The translations under genes were made by a program, and so were the position numbers. 64,000 nt of DNA from Sedimentisphaerales bacterium (GTDB lineage Bacteria; Planctomycetota; Phycisphaerae; Sedimentisphaerales; SM23-30). The notes beneath the pieces were generated by a model. It was not told where the DNA came from. It worked only from the letters and a program-made list of their open reading frames with translations, and searched no databases. The DNA lies in assembly GCA_963666285.1 (NCBI GenBank), contig OY762711.1; one strand, written 5' to 3'. Positions 21,029 through 31,446 of this stretch are shown here, one piece after another; within the stretch, counting starts at the first letter, position 1, and the number at the start of each line of letters is the position of its first letter.

Positions 21029-21790
21029 ATGAAATACATAATTATAATGTTATGTTTATGTTCGTCAATTTTTGCAGCAAACTTTGATTACGTTGTTTCT
21101 AATGAATATCGCAATGAAACTATGATGTTGCTAAATGAGTCTTTATTAGTTGAAAATGGTGGTGTTAGTGTAATCAAAGCATATGGGAATGAAACATATG
21201 TTAAAGTTACAAGTACTACTTCCTATTCATATCAAGAAGGCGGGATTGGTGGTATAAATATATTTGATAGTAAAGTTGATATTGATAGCGGTGATGTTGG
21301 AAACATCATTACAGAACGATCTAGTACACTTATTTATAATGCTGGCAATTTAGACTGGATACATGTTAAAGACAGTAGCACTGTAAACTTCCATGATGTT
21401 AATTTTACAAACGCACATGTTTACGATAATAGTTCATTTCACATGAGTGGTGGGCATGCTGACTATATGTTTATATTAGATAATTCATCAGTAACATTAT
21501 CTGGTGGCAATATAGATACCATTCGCAATACTCAGTTTGTATCTTTAAGCGAGGATATTAGTTTTAATATTATATGTAAAGATTGGTCTTGGAACGATGA
21601 AACTAATATGCTTAGTGGACATTGGGAAGATGATTCAACTTTCAATATAAAATTAACAGATACAGAATGGGAAGATGATACGCCATATGTATTGTTTGAC
21701 CAAATAGATTTTACTATAGTACCTGAACCCACTTCTTTAACTTTTGCTGCAATTGGCGGTTTAATACTAAAGAAAAGATACAAGAAATAA
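21029..21790 (+). CDS. PEP-CTERM protein, paralogue-like to the upstream gene
   Basis: Signal peptide; VPEPTSLTFAAIGGLILKKRYKK; shared G.W.....F.I motif before the PEP. Confidence 0.9.
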   Translation: MKYIIIMLCLCSSIFAANFDYVVSNEYRNETMMLLNESLLVENGGVSVIKAYGNETYVKVTSTTSYSYQEGGIGGINIFDSKVDIDSGDVGNIITERSSTLIYNAGNLDWIHVKDSSTVNFHDVNFTNAHVYDNSSFHMSGGHADYMFILDNSSVTLSGGNIDTIRNTQFVSLSEDISFNIICKDWSWNDETNMLSGHWEDDSTFNIKLTDTEWEDDTPYVLFDQIDFTIVPEPTSLTFAAIGGLILKKRYKK

Positions 21791-22468
21791 TTTGACACTC
21801 AATTTTGGCTGGTGTGGTTCTGTTCAATTTCCCTTCTGAATCCCGACCATAACATCATAGAATGGGATCACACCGGCTTTTTATCAATAATCTTTATGGC
21901 TAATGTTTTAAATATCTTCAGGTGACACATATGTCCTTTGTGTTCGGGAAGCGACCATGAAAGTCAGTTATACCTAGTTCAAGCAAGTATTGAAAATATA
22001 ATCGATTATCTCGAATTATCCTCAGAAATCATTATTTATGTCTTTTTCTGAACTTTTTAATTCAATTTATGAAATATGACCCTAATTTCAGGTTTGGGGA
22101 GAAAATACTCAATAGCAAAATAACGGTTGACAGAAAGCCTTAATAACTGTTAAATATAGCGTTATGTCAACGGAGCCGAAACTCCAGCCTCTTATTCCAT
22201 GAAATGCATAGTTAGAGTCAAAAATGAATGAAAAAATGATAAATTACGACTATTGATGTTCTAGCAATATATTTGAAAATTGCCCAATTTATGCTATATA
22301 AGCTTGCTCAAGAAAGCAAATTCCGGTCATAAGATTGAACAACATTGGAGGTTTCACCAGAAAGCTGTTGATCACTTTGTGAAAATGGGTCATTGGCAGA
22401 CAAAAAGATTTAAAAATCTGTACAAAGCAATTTGTTATATTATTTGCAGTTACGGAGATGTTTAATAT

Positions 22469-24907
22469 ATGGCGTTGAAAAAATCACAACTTTATAGTTC
22501 TTTATGGAAAAGCTGCGATGAGCTTCGTGGCGGCATGGATGCTTCACAGTACAAAGACTATGTTCTTACATTACTTTTCATGAAATACGTGACTGACAAA
22601 TCAGGTCAACGTGATTTTTTGATCGATGTTCCAAAAGGTGGTAGCTTCAATGATATGGTTGCCCTTAAGGGCGACAAAGAAATAGGCGATAAGATTAACA
22701 AGATTATCGGTAAATTGGCAGAAGCCAACGACCTTAAAGGTGTGATCAACGTCGCAGACTTCAATGACGAAGATAAGCTCGGCAAAGGCAAGGAAATGCA
22801 GGATCGCCTTTCAAAGCTGCTGGCAATCTTCAATGACCTTGATTTTAGTTCCAATCGTGCCGAAGGTGATGATTTACTTGGTGATGCCTATGAATATCTG
22901 ATGCGGCATTTTGCTACAGAATCCGGCAAAAGTAAAGGGCAATTCTACACTCCGGCAGAAGTGTCTCGTATCATGTCCAAGGTTGTGGGCATCGGGCCTA
23001 AGACAAGTCAGGACAAAACCATCTATGACCCAACATGCGGATCAGGTTCCTTGCTGTTGAAAGCTGCCGATGAAGCACCAAGAGGTTTAAGTATATATGG
23101 TCAGGAAAATGATAATGCTACATGGGCACTTGCAAAGATGAATATGATCTTGCATGGACACCCCACAGCTGACATATGGAAGGACAATACACTCTCTAAG
23201 CCGTATTTTAAGAATTCCGCTGGAGGCTTACAGGCTTTTGACTTTGCTGTTTCCAATCCGCCATTTTCAACAAAATCATGGTCGAGCGGCTTTAATCCCT
23301 CGAATGATAAATATGGGCGTTTTGAGTACGGTACTCCACCAGCTAAAAATGGTGATTATGCGTTTTTGCTTCATGTCCTTAAGTCCCTTAAAAGTACAGG
23401 TAAAGCGGCGATTATTTTGCCGCATGGTGTATTGTTCCGTGGTAATGCCGAAGCGGACATTCGAAAGAATCTGATAAAACATGGTTTTATCAAAGGCATT
23501 ATTGGATTGCCTGCTAACCTGTTTTACGGCACTGGTATTCCAGCCTGTATTATTGTGCTGGACAAGAACAATGCACATGCTCGTAGCGGTATCTTTATGA
23601 TTGATGCCAGCAAGGGCTTTATTAAAGACGGCAATAAGAATCGCCTTCGTGATCAAGATATCCATAAGGTTGTCGATTGTTTCAATAATCAGATAGAACT
23701 GGAACGATTCTCTCGAATGGTTCCGGTCAGCGAGATCTCAAGCCCTGCCAATGATTACAATCTTAATATTCCACGCTATATTGATTCCAGTGAGCCGGAA
23801 GATTTGCATGACATAGAAGCACATCTTCGAGGCGGGATTCCTAATCGAGACATTGATGCATTGGATGATTACTGGCAGGTTTTCCCTACTCTGAGAAAAG
23901 CGGTTTTCAAACATGGAGATCGTGCTGGTTATAGCTTGCCTAGAATTGAGAGCCGTGAGGTCAAGTCTGAAATTCTAGCACATGAGGAATACGGCGTTTT
24001 TGCTGATAAGGGTATGAAGATATTTACCCAATGGTGTGCCAAGCATGAACCTGCTTTAAAAGCTCTACGGAAAGGTTCCGTCGCGAAGAAAATCATCAAT
24101 GTGCTATCCGAGGATATCCTTGAAAGGTTTGAAAGGCTGCCGTTGCTTGATGAATATGATGCTTACCAGCGGCTGATGGACTATTGGATGGAGATTATGC
24201 AGGACGATGTTTATTTAATTACTGCTGAGGGCTGGGCAGAAGCTGCCAAACCAAGGGGCATCATTGATGACAAAGAAAAGAAGATCAAGGAATCGCCTGA
24301 TCTGGTTACCAAAAAGTCCAAATACAAGATGGATTTAATTCCACCATCTTTAATAGTAGCGAAATACTTTGCTGAAGAGAAAGCTGTAATTGATGAACTT
24401 CAAAACAAGGCGGAAGCTATTTCTCAAAAACTGGAAGAGTTTACCGAAGAGCATTCTGGGGATGAGGGCCTGCTGGAGGACGCCAAAACAGATAAAGGCA
24501 ACCTGACCAAGGCTTCCGTTACTGAACGGCTGAAAGAAATCAAAGGTGATGCTGATTTTGAAGACGAATACAAAGTATTGACGCAGGCATTGAAATTAAT
24601 TGAGTCGCTGGCAAAGGCCAACAAGGCTGTAAAAGATGCTCAAGAGAAGCTTGATAACAGAACGCTTGCTCAATACGGCTTACTTTCAATTGATGATATC
24701 AAAATCCTAGTCGTCAATGATAAGTGGTTAGCAAGCATGGAAAATGCTATTTCTGAAGAACTTGAACGGCTCATCCAAAAACTGGCTTCACGAGTAAAGG
24801 AGCTTGAGGATCGTTATGATGAAACATTACCTGAATTGACAAAGTTGGTTAATGATTATAGCAGCAAGGTCGAGGCTCATCTTGTGGAAATGGGGATGAA
24901 ATGGTAG
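22469..24907 (+). CDS. hsdM: Type I R-M methyltransferase subunit
   Basis: GQFYTP, YDPTCGSGSLL, NPPF, LPHGVLFRG. Confidence 0.97.
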   Translation: MALKKSQLYSSLWKSCDELRGGMDASQYKDYVLTLLFMKYVTDKSGQRDFLIDVPKGGSFNDMVALKGDKEIGDKINKIIGKLAEANDLKGVINVADFNDEDKLGKGKEMQDRLSKLLAIFNDLDFSSNRAEGDDLLGDAYEYLMRHFATESGKSKGQFYTPAEVSRIMSKVVGIGPKTSQDKTIYDPTCGSGSLLLKAADEAPRGLSIYGQENDNATWALAKMNMILHGHPTADIWKDNTLSKPYFKNSAGGLQAFDFAVSNPPFSTKSWSSGFNPSNDKYGRFEYGTPPAKNGDYAFLLHVLKSLKSTGKAAIILPHGVLFRGNAEADIRKNLIKHGFIKGIIGLPANLFYGTGIPACIIVLDKNNAHARSGIFMIDASKGFIKDGNKNRLRDQDIHKVVDCFNNQIELERFSRMVPVSEISSPANDYNLNIPRYIDSSEPEDLHDIEAHLRGGIPNRDIDALDDYWQVFPTLRKAVFKHGDRAGYSLPRIESREVKSEILAHEEYGVFADKGMKIFTQWCAKHEPALKALRKGSVAKKIINVLSEDILERFERLPLLDEYDAYQRLMDYWMEIMQDDVYLITAEGWAEAAKPRGIIDDKEKKIKESPDLVTKKSKYKMDLIPPSLIVAKYFAEEKAVIDELQNKAEAISQKLEEFTEEHSGDEGLLEDAKTDKGNLTKASVTERLKEIKGDADFEDEYKVLTQALKLIESLAKANKAVKDAQEKLDNRTLAQYGLLSIDDIKILVVNDKWLASMENAISEELERLIQKLASRVKELEDRYDETLPELTKLVNDYSSKVEAHLVEMGMKW

Positions 24908-26736
24908 GTAACATAACAATTCCTGACGGCTTTAAAAAGACCGAGATAGGTCCCATACCTGAGGAATGGCATGTAGTACCTTTGTCTGCATTGGGACGTT
25001 TCTCAAAAGGCCGAGGTATTAAGCGAGATGATGTACGTGAGTATGGGCTGCCTTGCATTAGATATGGAGAGCTTTATACAGACTACGATAACTATGTGAC
25101 TGATCCTAAGTCGCAAATACCCTTCAATGTAGCTTTGACAGCCTTGCCAATTAAATTTGGTGATCTACTTTTTGCCGGTTCTGGTGAAACTGCTGAGGAA
25201 ATTGGTAAATGTATCGCATACCTTGGGGAAGATGCTGCATATGCTGGTGGAGATATAGTTGTATTGACTCCATATGCTCAGCACTCGTTTTTTCTTGCCC
25301 ATCTGATGAACTTCGGCCCCGTTGCAGCTCAAAAGAAACGATTGGGACAAGGAGATGCTGTTGTGCACATCAGTGCAACTAATCTTTCGAAAATTAAAGT
25401 CCCAGTACCCCTGGAATCTGAACAAAATGAAATCACCAAAGCATTGTCCGACATTGACAGTTTAATTAGCAGTCTTAAAAAACTTGTAGCAAAGAAGCAA
25501 GATATTAAACTTGCGACTATGCAGCAATTACTTACTGGAAAAAAACGATTGCCTGGTTTCTCCAAAGATTGGGATGAGAAAAAAATTGGCGACTTCACAA
25601 GTTGTACTGCTGGCGGAACCCCAAGCACAAAAAATGCGAAATATTGGGATGGAGATATTAAGTGGATGAGTTCCGGCGAACTTAATATGAAATTTGTAAA
25701 AGATGTTGAGGGTAGAATTACAAAATTAGGGCTTAATAATTCCAGCACAAAATTAATCCCTTCTAAATGTGTGCTGATAGGACTTGCTGGCCAAGGAAAG
25801 ACTAGAGGCACTGCAGCTTTGAATTATACCGAGCTTTGTACTAATCAGTCAATTGCAGCAATCTTTCCAAATGATAATTTTATTTCTGAATACTTGTATT
25901 ACAATCTTGACATGAGGTATGATGAATTAAGGGGGCTTTCCACAGGAGACGGTGGACGTGGTGGATTAAATCTTAGGATAATCCGTTCTATTGCAGTGCC
26001 TTTCCCAGAGATTGCCGAGCAGGAAGCCATTGCCAATGTACTCTTAAATATGGACACAGACATTGAATTTCTGCAGAAGAAGCTTAATAAAACTAAATCT
26101 CTTAAACAAGGTATGATGCAGGAGTTGCTAACCGGAAGAATTCGTTTTGCAAAAGCTGCTGAAAAGTCAACCAAGAAGCATAACTGGGCAATTGATGAAG
26201 CGGTTATCATTTCTACACTGGTACATAAGTTCGGCAGTGTCAATTTCCCGCTTGGCAGAAAGCGTTATACTAAAATGAGCTATCTTTTCCACCGCTATAT
26301 TGACGGAAAAGCAGAAGGATATTTAAAGAAGGCCGCAGGCCCTTATAATCCAAAGACAAAGTATGGCGGCGTGGAAACGCTCGCTTGTAAGAATGGTTAT
26401 ATCCAGAACTACAAAAATGGAAAGTTTAGTGGTTTTGTCTCAAGCGATAAAATTGAACAAGCTCTTGGTTATTTTAATCAATGGTATGGCGAGGAAGCTA
26501 TGCAATGGCTTGAGCAATTTCGTTATGAGAAAAACGATGTCCTTGAATTATGGGCAACGGTTGATATGGCAGTGCAGGATTTAGAAACTGATGGTAAAGA
26601 AGCAACAGTTGCTAGTGTCAAAGATTTGATCAAAAACGATAAAGAGTGGAAGGCAAAGCTGAAACGAGACATTTTTTCAGATGACAATATAGCCGAAGCG
26701 ATCACAAAAACAAGGGAACTACTAACGGAGGTATAA
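24901..26736 (+). CDS. hsdS: Type I R-M specificity subunit with a ~195-aa C-terminal extension
   Basis: Two TRD/conserved-region repeats ending MQQLLTGK and MQELLTGR, then an extra domain. Confidence 0.93.
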   Translation: MVGNITIPDGFKKTEIGPIPEEWHVVPLSALGRFSKGRGIKRDDVREYGLPCIRYGELYTDYDNYVTDPKSQIPFNVALTALPIKFGDLLFAGSGETAEEIGKCIAYLGEDAAYAGGDIVVLTPYAQHSFFLAHLMNFGPVAAQKKRLGQGDAVVHISATNLSKIKVPVPLESEQNEITKALSDIDSLISSLKKLVAKKQDIKLATMQQLLTGKKRLPGFSKDWDEKKIGDFTSCTAGGTPSTKNAKYWDGDIKWMSSGELNMKFVKDVEGRITKLGLNNSSTKLIPSKCVLIGLAGQGKTRGTAALNYTELCTNQSIAAIFPNDNFISEYLYYNLDMRYDELRGLSTGDGGRGGLNLRIIRSIAVPFPEIAEQEAIANVLLNMDTDIEFLQKKLNKTKSLKQGMMQELLTGRIRFAKAAEKSTKKHNWAIDEAVIISTLVHKFGSVNFPLGRKRYTKMSYLFHRYIDGKAEGYLKKAAGPYNPKTKYGGVETLACKNGYIQNYKNGKFSGFVSSDKIEQALGYFNQWYGEEAMQWLEQFRYEKNDVLELWATVDMAVQDLETDGKEATVASVKDLIKNDKEWKAKLKRDIFSDDNIAEAITKTRELLTEV

Positions 26737-26739
26737 GGT

Positions 26740-29700
26740 ATGAGCGAAGTCGGCCAGAGGGAGAGAGTTACTCAAGATCGTATCGTCAAGCTTTTCCAAG
26801 ATAAGCTTGAATATCGATATCTTGGCAACTGGATCGACCGAGACAGTAACTCCAATGTAGAAGAGGCCTTACTAAGAGATTGGCTACAAAGTCAGGGACA
26901 TAGTGAAAAGCTTATCGGCAGAGTACTGCGAGAACTCGATCAGGCAAAGTCTATTGGTGGCGGCAAACATCTCTATGATGCCAACAAAGAGGTTTACAGC
27001 AAACTTCGTTATGGTGTAAAGGTTAAGGAGGATGTAGGTGAGCAGAACCAGACCGTATGGCTAATCGACTGGAAAACCCCCGAAAACAATGTTTTTGCAA
27101 TTGCTGAAGAAGTTTCTATCAAGGGAGAAAATAAAAAACGCCCCGATATAGTATTGTATGTAAACGGTATTGCTCTGGGGGTAATTGAACTTAAGCGTTC
27201 CACTGTCTCTGTTAATGAGGGCATCCGACAGAATCTTGATAATCAAAAGAAAACCTTCATACGACCATTCTTTACAACCATGCAATTGTTTATGGCTGGA
27301 AATGACACCGAAGGATTAAGATATGGTGTCATTGAAACTCCTGAAAAATATTATCTGAGATGGAAAGAGTCTAGTGACATAGAAAACCCACTGGACAAGG
27401 AATTGTGTCAGGTTTGTAACAAAAATCGCTTCCTTGAACTAATCCATGACTTTATTGTGTTTGATGCCGGAATTAAAAAGGTTTGTCGCCATAATCAATA
27501 TTTTGGTATCCGTGCTGCACAAGGGCATGTTTCTCGACGTGAAGGCGGTATTATCTGGCACACACAAGGAAGCGGGAAGAGCCTGACGATGGTTTGGCTG
27601 GCTAAATGGATTCGCGAGAATATTAAGCATTCTCGGGTTTTGCTAATAACAGATCGTACTGAATTGGATGAGCAGATCGAAAAGGTATTCAATGGCGTTA
27701 GTGAAGATATTTATAGAACAACAAGCGGTGCCGACCTCGTTAGCGTGTTGAATACAAATACTGAGTGGCTGATGTGTTCGTTAGTTCATAAGTTTGGAAC
27801 ACAGGAAGAAGGTGATGTTGACGAGTATATCAATGATATCAAGGGTCATCTGCCAAAGAATTTTCATGCCAAAGGCGAGATATTCGTGTTTGTTGATGAA
27901 TGCCATCGTACACAGTCCGGTGAACTGCATAAGGCGATGAAGTCCATTCTGCCGAGTGCGATGTTTATTGGTTTTACCGGTACTCCACTTCTTAAAAAGG
28001 ATAAACAAAAAAGCATTGAGGTGTTTGGGCCATATATTCATACCTATAAATATAATGAGGCAGTCAAAGATGGAGTTGTGCTTGACCTGCGTTATGAAGC
28101 TAGAGATATCGACCAGAACATAACTTCTCAAGCAAAAATAGATCAGTGGTTCGAAAGCAAAACTAAGGGACTGAACGACATTGCAAAAGTTCAGTTGAAA
28201 CAGCGTTGGGGAACATTGCAGAAAGTGCTTAGTTCTCAATCAAGGCTTGAGAAAATTGCTGCTGATATTCTTATGGACATGGCAACTCGAGATCGATTGG
28301 AAAGTGGATATGGAAACGCAATTCTTGTTTCAAGCAGTATCTATCAGGCCTGTCGATTCTATGAATTATTATCTAAGACCGATCTTGCCGGTAAATGTGC
28401 CATTGTTACTTCATACAAGCCATCTCCTGCTGACATAAAAGGCGAAGAGTCCGGCGAAGGAATGACCGAAAAGCTCAGACAGTATGACATCTACCGAAAA
28501 ATGCTTGCAGATTTTTTTGATGAGCCTGAGGATGTTGCAGTTAACAAGGTCGAGGCTTTCGAGAAAGCTGTTAAAAAGAAATTTATTGATGAACCCGGCC
28601 AGATGAAGCTTTTGATCGTTGTCGATAAACTTCTTACCGGATTCGATGCCCCATCTGCTACTTATCTTTACATTGATAAGCAAATGCGAGATCATGGTCT
28701 ATTCCAGGCGATTTGTCGTGTAAACCGTCTTGATGGTGATGACAAGGAATACGGATATATTATTGACTATAAGGATTTGTTCAGATCGCTAGAAAAATCC
28801 ATTCATGATTATACTAGTGAAGCTTTTGATCAATATGATCCGGAAGATGTTGAGGGGCTGCTTACTGATAGGCTCGAAAAAGATCGGGAACGTTTGGAAG
28901 ATGCACGCGAAGCAATAAAAGCGTTATGTGAGTCTGTCGAAGCGCCTCGTGACACTCAAGCATATCTAAGATATTTCTGTACGACTAATACTGCTGACGT
29001 TGACCAGCTCAAAGATAATGAACCCAAACGAGTTGCTTTATACAAACTCGCAGTTTCATTAATAAGAGCATATGCGAATTTAGCCAATGAAATGCAAGAG
29101 GCGGGATATTCAGTCAAAGAAACTCAGATTATCAAAGCTGAAGTCGAACACTATGAGAAAGTGCGAACTGAAGTAAAGATGGCTAGCGGTGACTATATTG
29201 ACATGAAGATGTATGAGCCTGCAATGCGTCATCTACTGGATACGTATATTCGGGCAGAAGAAAGCGAAAAATTATCCGCTTTTGACGACTTATCGCTTAT
29301 TGAGCTAATAGTCGAACGTGGCGAAGATGTCGTAGAATCTCTACCGGAAGGAATCCGTAAGAATCCTGAAGCAATGGCCGAGACTATTGAAAACAATGTC
29401 CGAAAACTGATCATTGACGAAATGGCAGTCAATCCGAAGTATTATGAAAAGATGTCAGAATTGCTGGATGCTTTGATTAAAACACGTAAACAGGAAGCTT
29501 GGGACTATAAGGCTTATCTGGCTAAAATCGTGGAGTTGACGAAAAGAGTCAAAAAGCCAAAAGCAAGTTCTTACCCAAGCGATATCAGTACCCCAGCCTT
29601 AAGAGCACTATATGATAATCTTAATAATGATACAGAGCTCGCTATTCAGGTAGACGCCGCAATAAGAAACGTCAAAAAGGCAAATTGGCGTGGAAACCGT

Positions 29701-29805
29701 TTCAAGGAGAAAGAAGTTAGAAACGCAATCGAAGATGCATTAGGCACTGATGGTGAACTTTTAAATTCTATTTTTGCAATTGCTAAGAATCAAAATGAAT
29801 ACTAA
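26740..29805 (+). CDS. hsdR: Type I R-M restriction subunit
   Basis: PD..IELK nuclease motif, HTQGSGKS, DECHR, FTGTP, LTGFDAP, QAICRVNR. Confidence 0.97.
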   Translation: MSEVGQRERVTQDRIVKLFQDKLEYRYLGNWIDRDSNSNVEEALLRDWLQSQGHSEKLIGRVLRELDQAKSIGGGKHLYDANKEVYSKLRYGVKVKEDVGEQNQTVWLIDWKTPENNVFAIAEEVSIKGENKKRPDIVLYVNGIALGVIELKRSTVSVNEGIRQNLDNQKKTFIRPFFTTMQLFMAGNDTEGLRYGVIETPEKYYLRWKESSDIENPLDKELCQVCNKNRFLELIHDFIVFDAGIKKVCRHNQYFGIRAAQGHVSRREGGIIWHTQGSGKSLTMVWLAKWIRENIKHSRVLLITDRTELDEQIEKVFNGVSEDIYRTTSGADLVSVLNTNTEWLMCSLVHKFGTQEEGDVDEYINDIKGHLPKNFHAKGEIFVFVDECHRTQSGELHKAMKSILPSAMFIGFTGTPLLKKDKQKSIEVFGPYIHTYKYNEAVKDGVVLDLRYEARDIDQNITSQAKIDQWFESKTKGLNDIAKVQLKQRWGTLQKVLSSQSRLEKIAADILMDMATRDRLESGYGNAILVSSSIYQACRFYELLSKTDLAGKCAIVTSYKPSPADIKGEESGEGMTEKLRQYDIYRKMLADFFDEPEDVAVNKVEAFEKAVKKKFIDEPGQMKLLIVVDKLLTGFDAPSATYLYIDKQMRDHGLFQAICRVNRLDGDDKEYGYIIDYKDLFRSLEKSIHDYTSEAFDQYDPEDVEGLLTDRLEKDRERLEDAREAIKALCESVEAPRDTQAYLRYFCTTNTADVDQLKDNEPKRVALYKLAVSLIRAYANLANEMQEAGYSVKETQIIKAEVEHYEKVRTEVKMASGDYIDMKMYEPAMRHLLDTYIRAEESEKLSAFDDLSLIELIVERGEDVVESLPEGIRKNPEAMAETIENNVRKLIIDEMAVNPKYYEKMSELLDALIKTRKQEAWDYKAYLAKIVELTKRVKKPKASSYPSDISTPALRALYDNLNNDTELAIQVDAAIRNVKKANWRGNRFKEKEVRNAIEDALGTDGELLNSIFAIAKNQNEY

Positions 29806-30523
29806 GAAGCATCAAATTGAAGTTAAGGGAATTAGAGTGGAGGTTGTTCGTAAGGACATAAAAAACCTGCACGTCGGGGTATATCCACCTAATGGACGTG
29901 TGCGAGTTGCAACTCCCTTGAGACTTGATGATGATGCAGTACGAATGGCTGTAATAACTCGTTTAGGATGGATACGTCGGCAAATCGATAGTTTTGAAAA
30001 CCAGCAACGTCAGTCCGAGCGTGAAATGGTCACTGGAGAAAGTCACTATGTTGGCGGTCGGCGTTATCTCCTTGATGTTATTGAGCATAATAAGCCAGCT
30101 TTACTTCAAATCAAGAATAATAAGACACTGGAGCTTAAAGTTCGTCCAGGAACAAGTGCAAGCAGGAAGCAGGCTATCCTGCAAGAATGGTATAGGCAGC
30201 AACTCAAGACAAAAGTCCCGGAACTAATCGACAAATGGGAACCTATTATAGGTGTTAAGGTTTCTAGCTGGGAAATAAGAAAAATGAAGACCCATTGGGG
30301 TAGCTGTAGTATTGAAAAGAAAAAGATCAGACTCAATCTAGAATTGGCGAAAAAGTCAGAAACTTGTCTTGAGTACATCCTAGTGCATGAAATGATTCAC
30401 TTGCTGGAACGTCTCCACAATGAAGCTTTCAAAAATCATATGGATTATTTTATGCCTCAGTGGCGAATGCACAGAGATGAATTAAATAGTCTACCGTTGG
30501 CAAATGAAGACTGGAAATATTGA
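29795..30523 (+). CDS. M48/YgjP-like zinc metallohydrolase, a common type I R-M neighbour
   Basis: HWGSC and HEMIH motifs. Confidence 0.9.
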   Translation: MNTKKHQIEVKGIRVEVVRKDIKNLHVGVYPPNGRVRVATPLRLDDDAVRMAVITRLGWIRRQIDSFENQQRQSEREMVTGESHYVGGRRYLLDVIEHNKPALLQIKNNKTLELKVRPGTSASRKQAILQEWYRQQLKTKVPELIDKWEPIIGVKVSSWEIRKMKTHWGSCSIEKKKIRLNLELAKKSETCLEYILVHEMIHLLERLHNEAFKNHMDYFMPQWRMHRDELNSLPLANEDWKY

Positions 30524-30739
30524 AAATTATTTAAAAGATAAAAAGAAATTACGACATTTTCAGCTAATGTATGTGGATCTGATTTGTACAAAAATCCCGG
30601 CAGCTCAGTCCCATCTATGTCTTCGCTTCACATATAAACAAAGCTTACGTGTTGATTAATGAGATCGAAGAGCTTGTCAGGTTAGTTCCAGAGTTGAAGC
30701 ATAAATTGACCGACATGTCATCTGGCGGTTACTGCCAAA

Positions 30740-30895
30740 TCATACTTCATATTCTTCTTCAACAACAAAATCAAAACTTGCTCCTACCAATGAGCATATT
30801 TCATTTACTTTTTGATATGCCACTTTTTCAGCAGCTTTTATATCATTTGCCTCAATCCAAAAACTAAAGTTTGGTATTACGTTAAACACTTTCAT
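30740..30895 (-). CDS. Small hypothetical protein (51 aa, MKVFNVIPNFSFWIEANDIKAAEKVAY...), below the ORF-track cutoff
   Basis: Translated by hand; GAGG ribosome site; lies directly downstream of repeat copy 1. Confidence 0.55.
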   Translation of the reverse strand: MKVFNVIPNFSFWIEANDIKAAEKVAYQKVNEICSLVGASFDFVVEEEYEV

Positions 30896-30929
30896 AATCT
30901 TCCTCGTTATATTAAATCATATTGGAGCA

Positions 30930-30964
30930 TTTATATACTCTACTCGCATACGTGACCAATGACC
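30930..30964 (-). promoter_or_regulatory. Conserved 35-bp upstream repeat, copy 1 (TATA + upstream motif)
   Basis: + strand TTTATATACTCTACTCGCATACGTGACCAATGACC. Confidence 0.75.
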
Positions 30965-30970
30965 ATTGAA

Positions 30971-31375
30971 TCAAGCACTTCCATAACACATAAGCCTGAT
31001 CACATCCCTCAATAGTACCTGCAATACTACCTGCTCTCCTTCATTAAAACTTTTAGTAAGTTCTTTGACTTTAATAAAGAAATTGCCACCACTTCGATTA
31101 ACCCATATTTGTGTGCTATTGTCATTGTATCGATGAACAAAATCAACAGAGTCTTTTTTCCCTATCAATACATTTAATATTCCCCCAAGTTCTGAATCAT
31201 CCATCTTAACTTTTTTCCAGTTATATTTCCCATCTGTTTTAAGCCCAAAATGAAAAAAGCAAACTTTCTTATCATTTAACAATACTTTAAGACAGCTAGT
31301 TTTTCCAAAAAACGCTTTGTTTACAACATACCCTGTTTTCTCTGGCATACTACTTTCATATATTTTTGTTTCCAT
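30971..31375 (-). CDS. Hypothetical protein, possibly a Whirly/PC4-like ssDNA-binding protein
   Basis: GGGGT ribosome site; KVKMDDSELGGIL and KSFNEGEQVVL resemble Whirly strand-helix repeats (inference). Confidence 0.5.
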   Translation of the reverse strand: METKIYESSMPEKTGYVVNKAFFGKTSCLKVLLNDKKVCFFHFGLKTDGKYNWKKVKMDDSELGGILNVLIGKKDSVDFVHRYNDNSTQIWVNRSGGNFFIKVKELTKSFNEGEQVVLQVLLRDVIRLMCYGSA

Positions 31376-31446
31376 TGTTTTACCCCGTATATATTTTCAT
31401 GTACCACCATTCCCATCTATACAAACCCAAAAAGTAAAAAAGAAAA

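Noticed and set aside
22280..22465. Short ORF before hsdM, and the many antisense/shadow ORFs in the track (e.g. 3596-3961, 25329-25811, 36722-37243, 55305-55577)
   Set aside because: They overlap well-supported genes or terminators, or lack motifs and ribosome sites.
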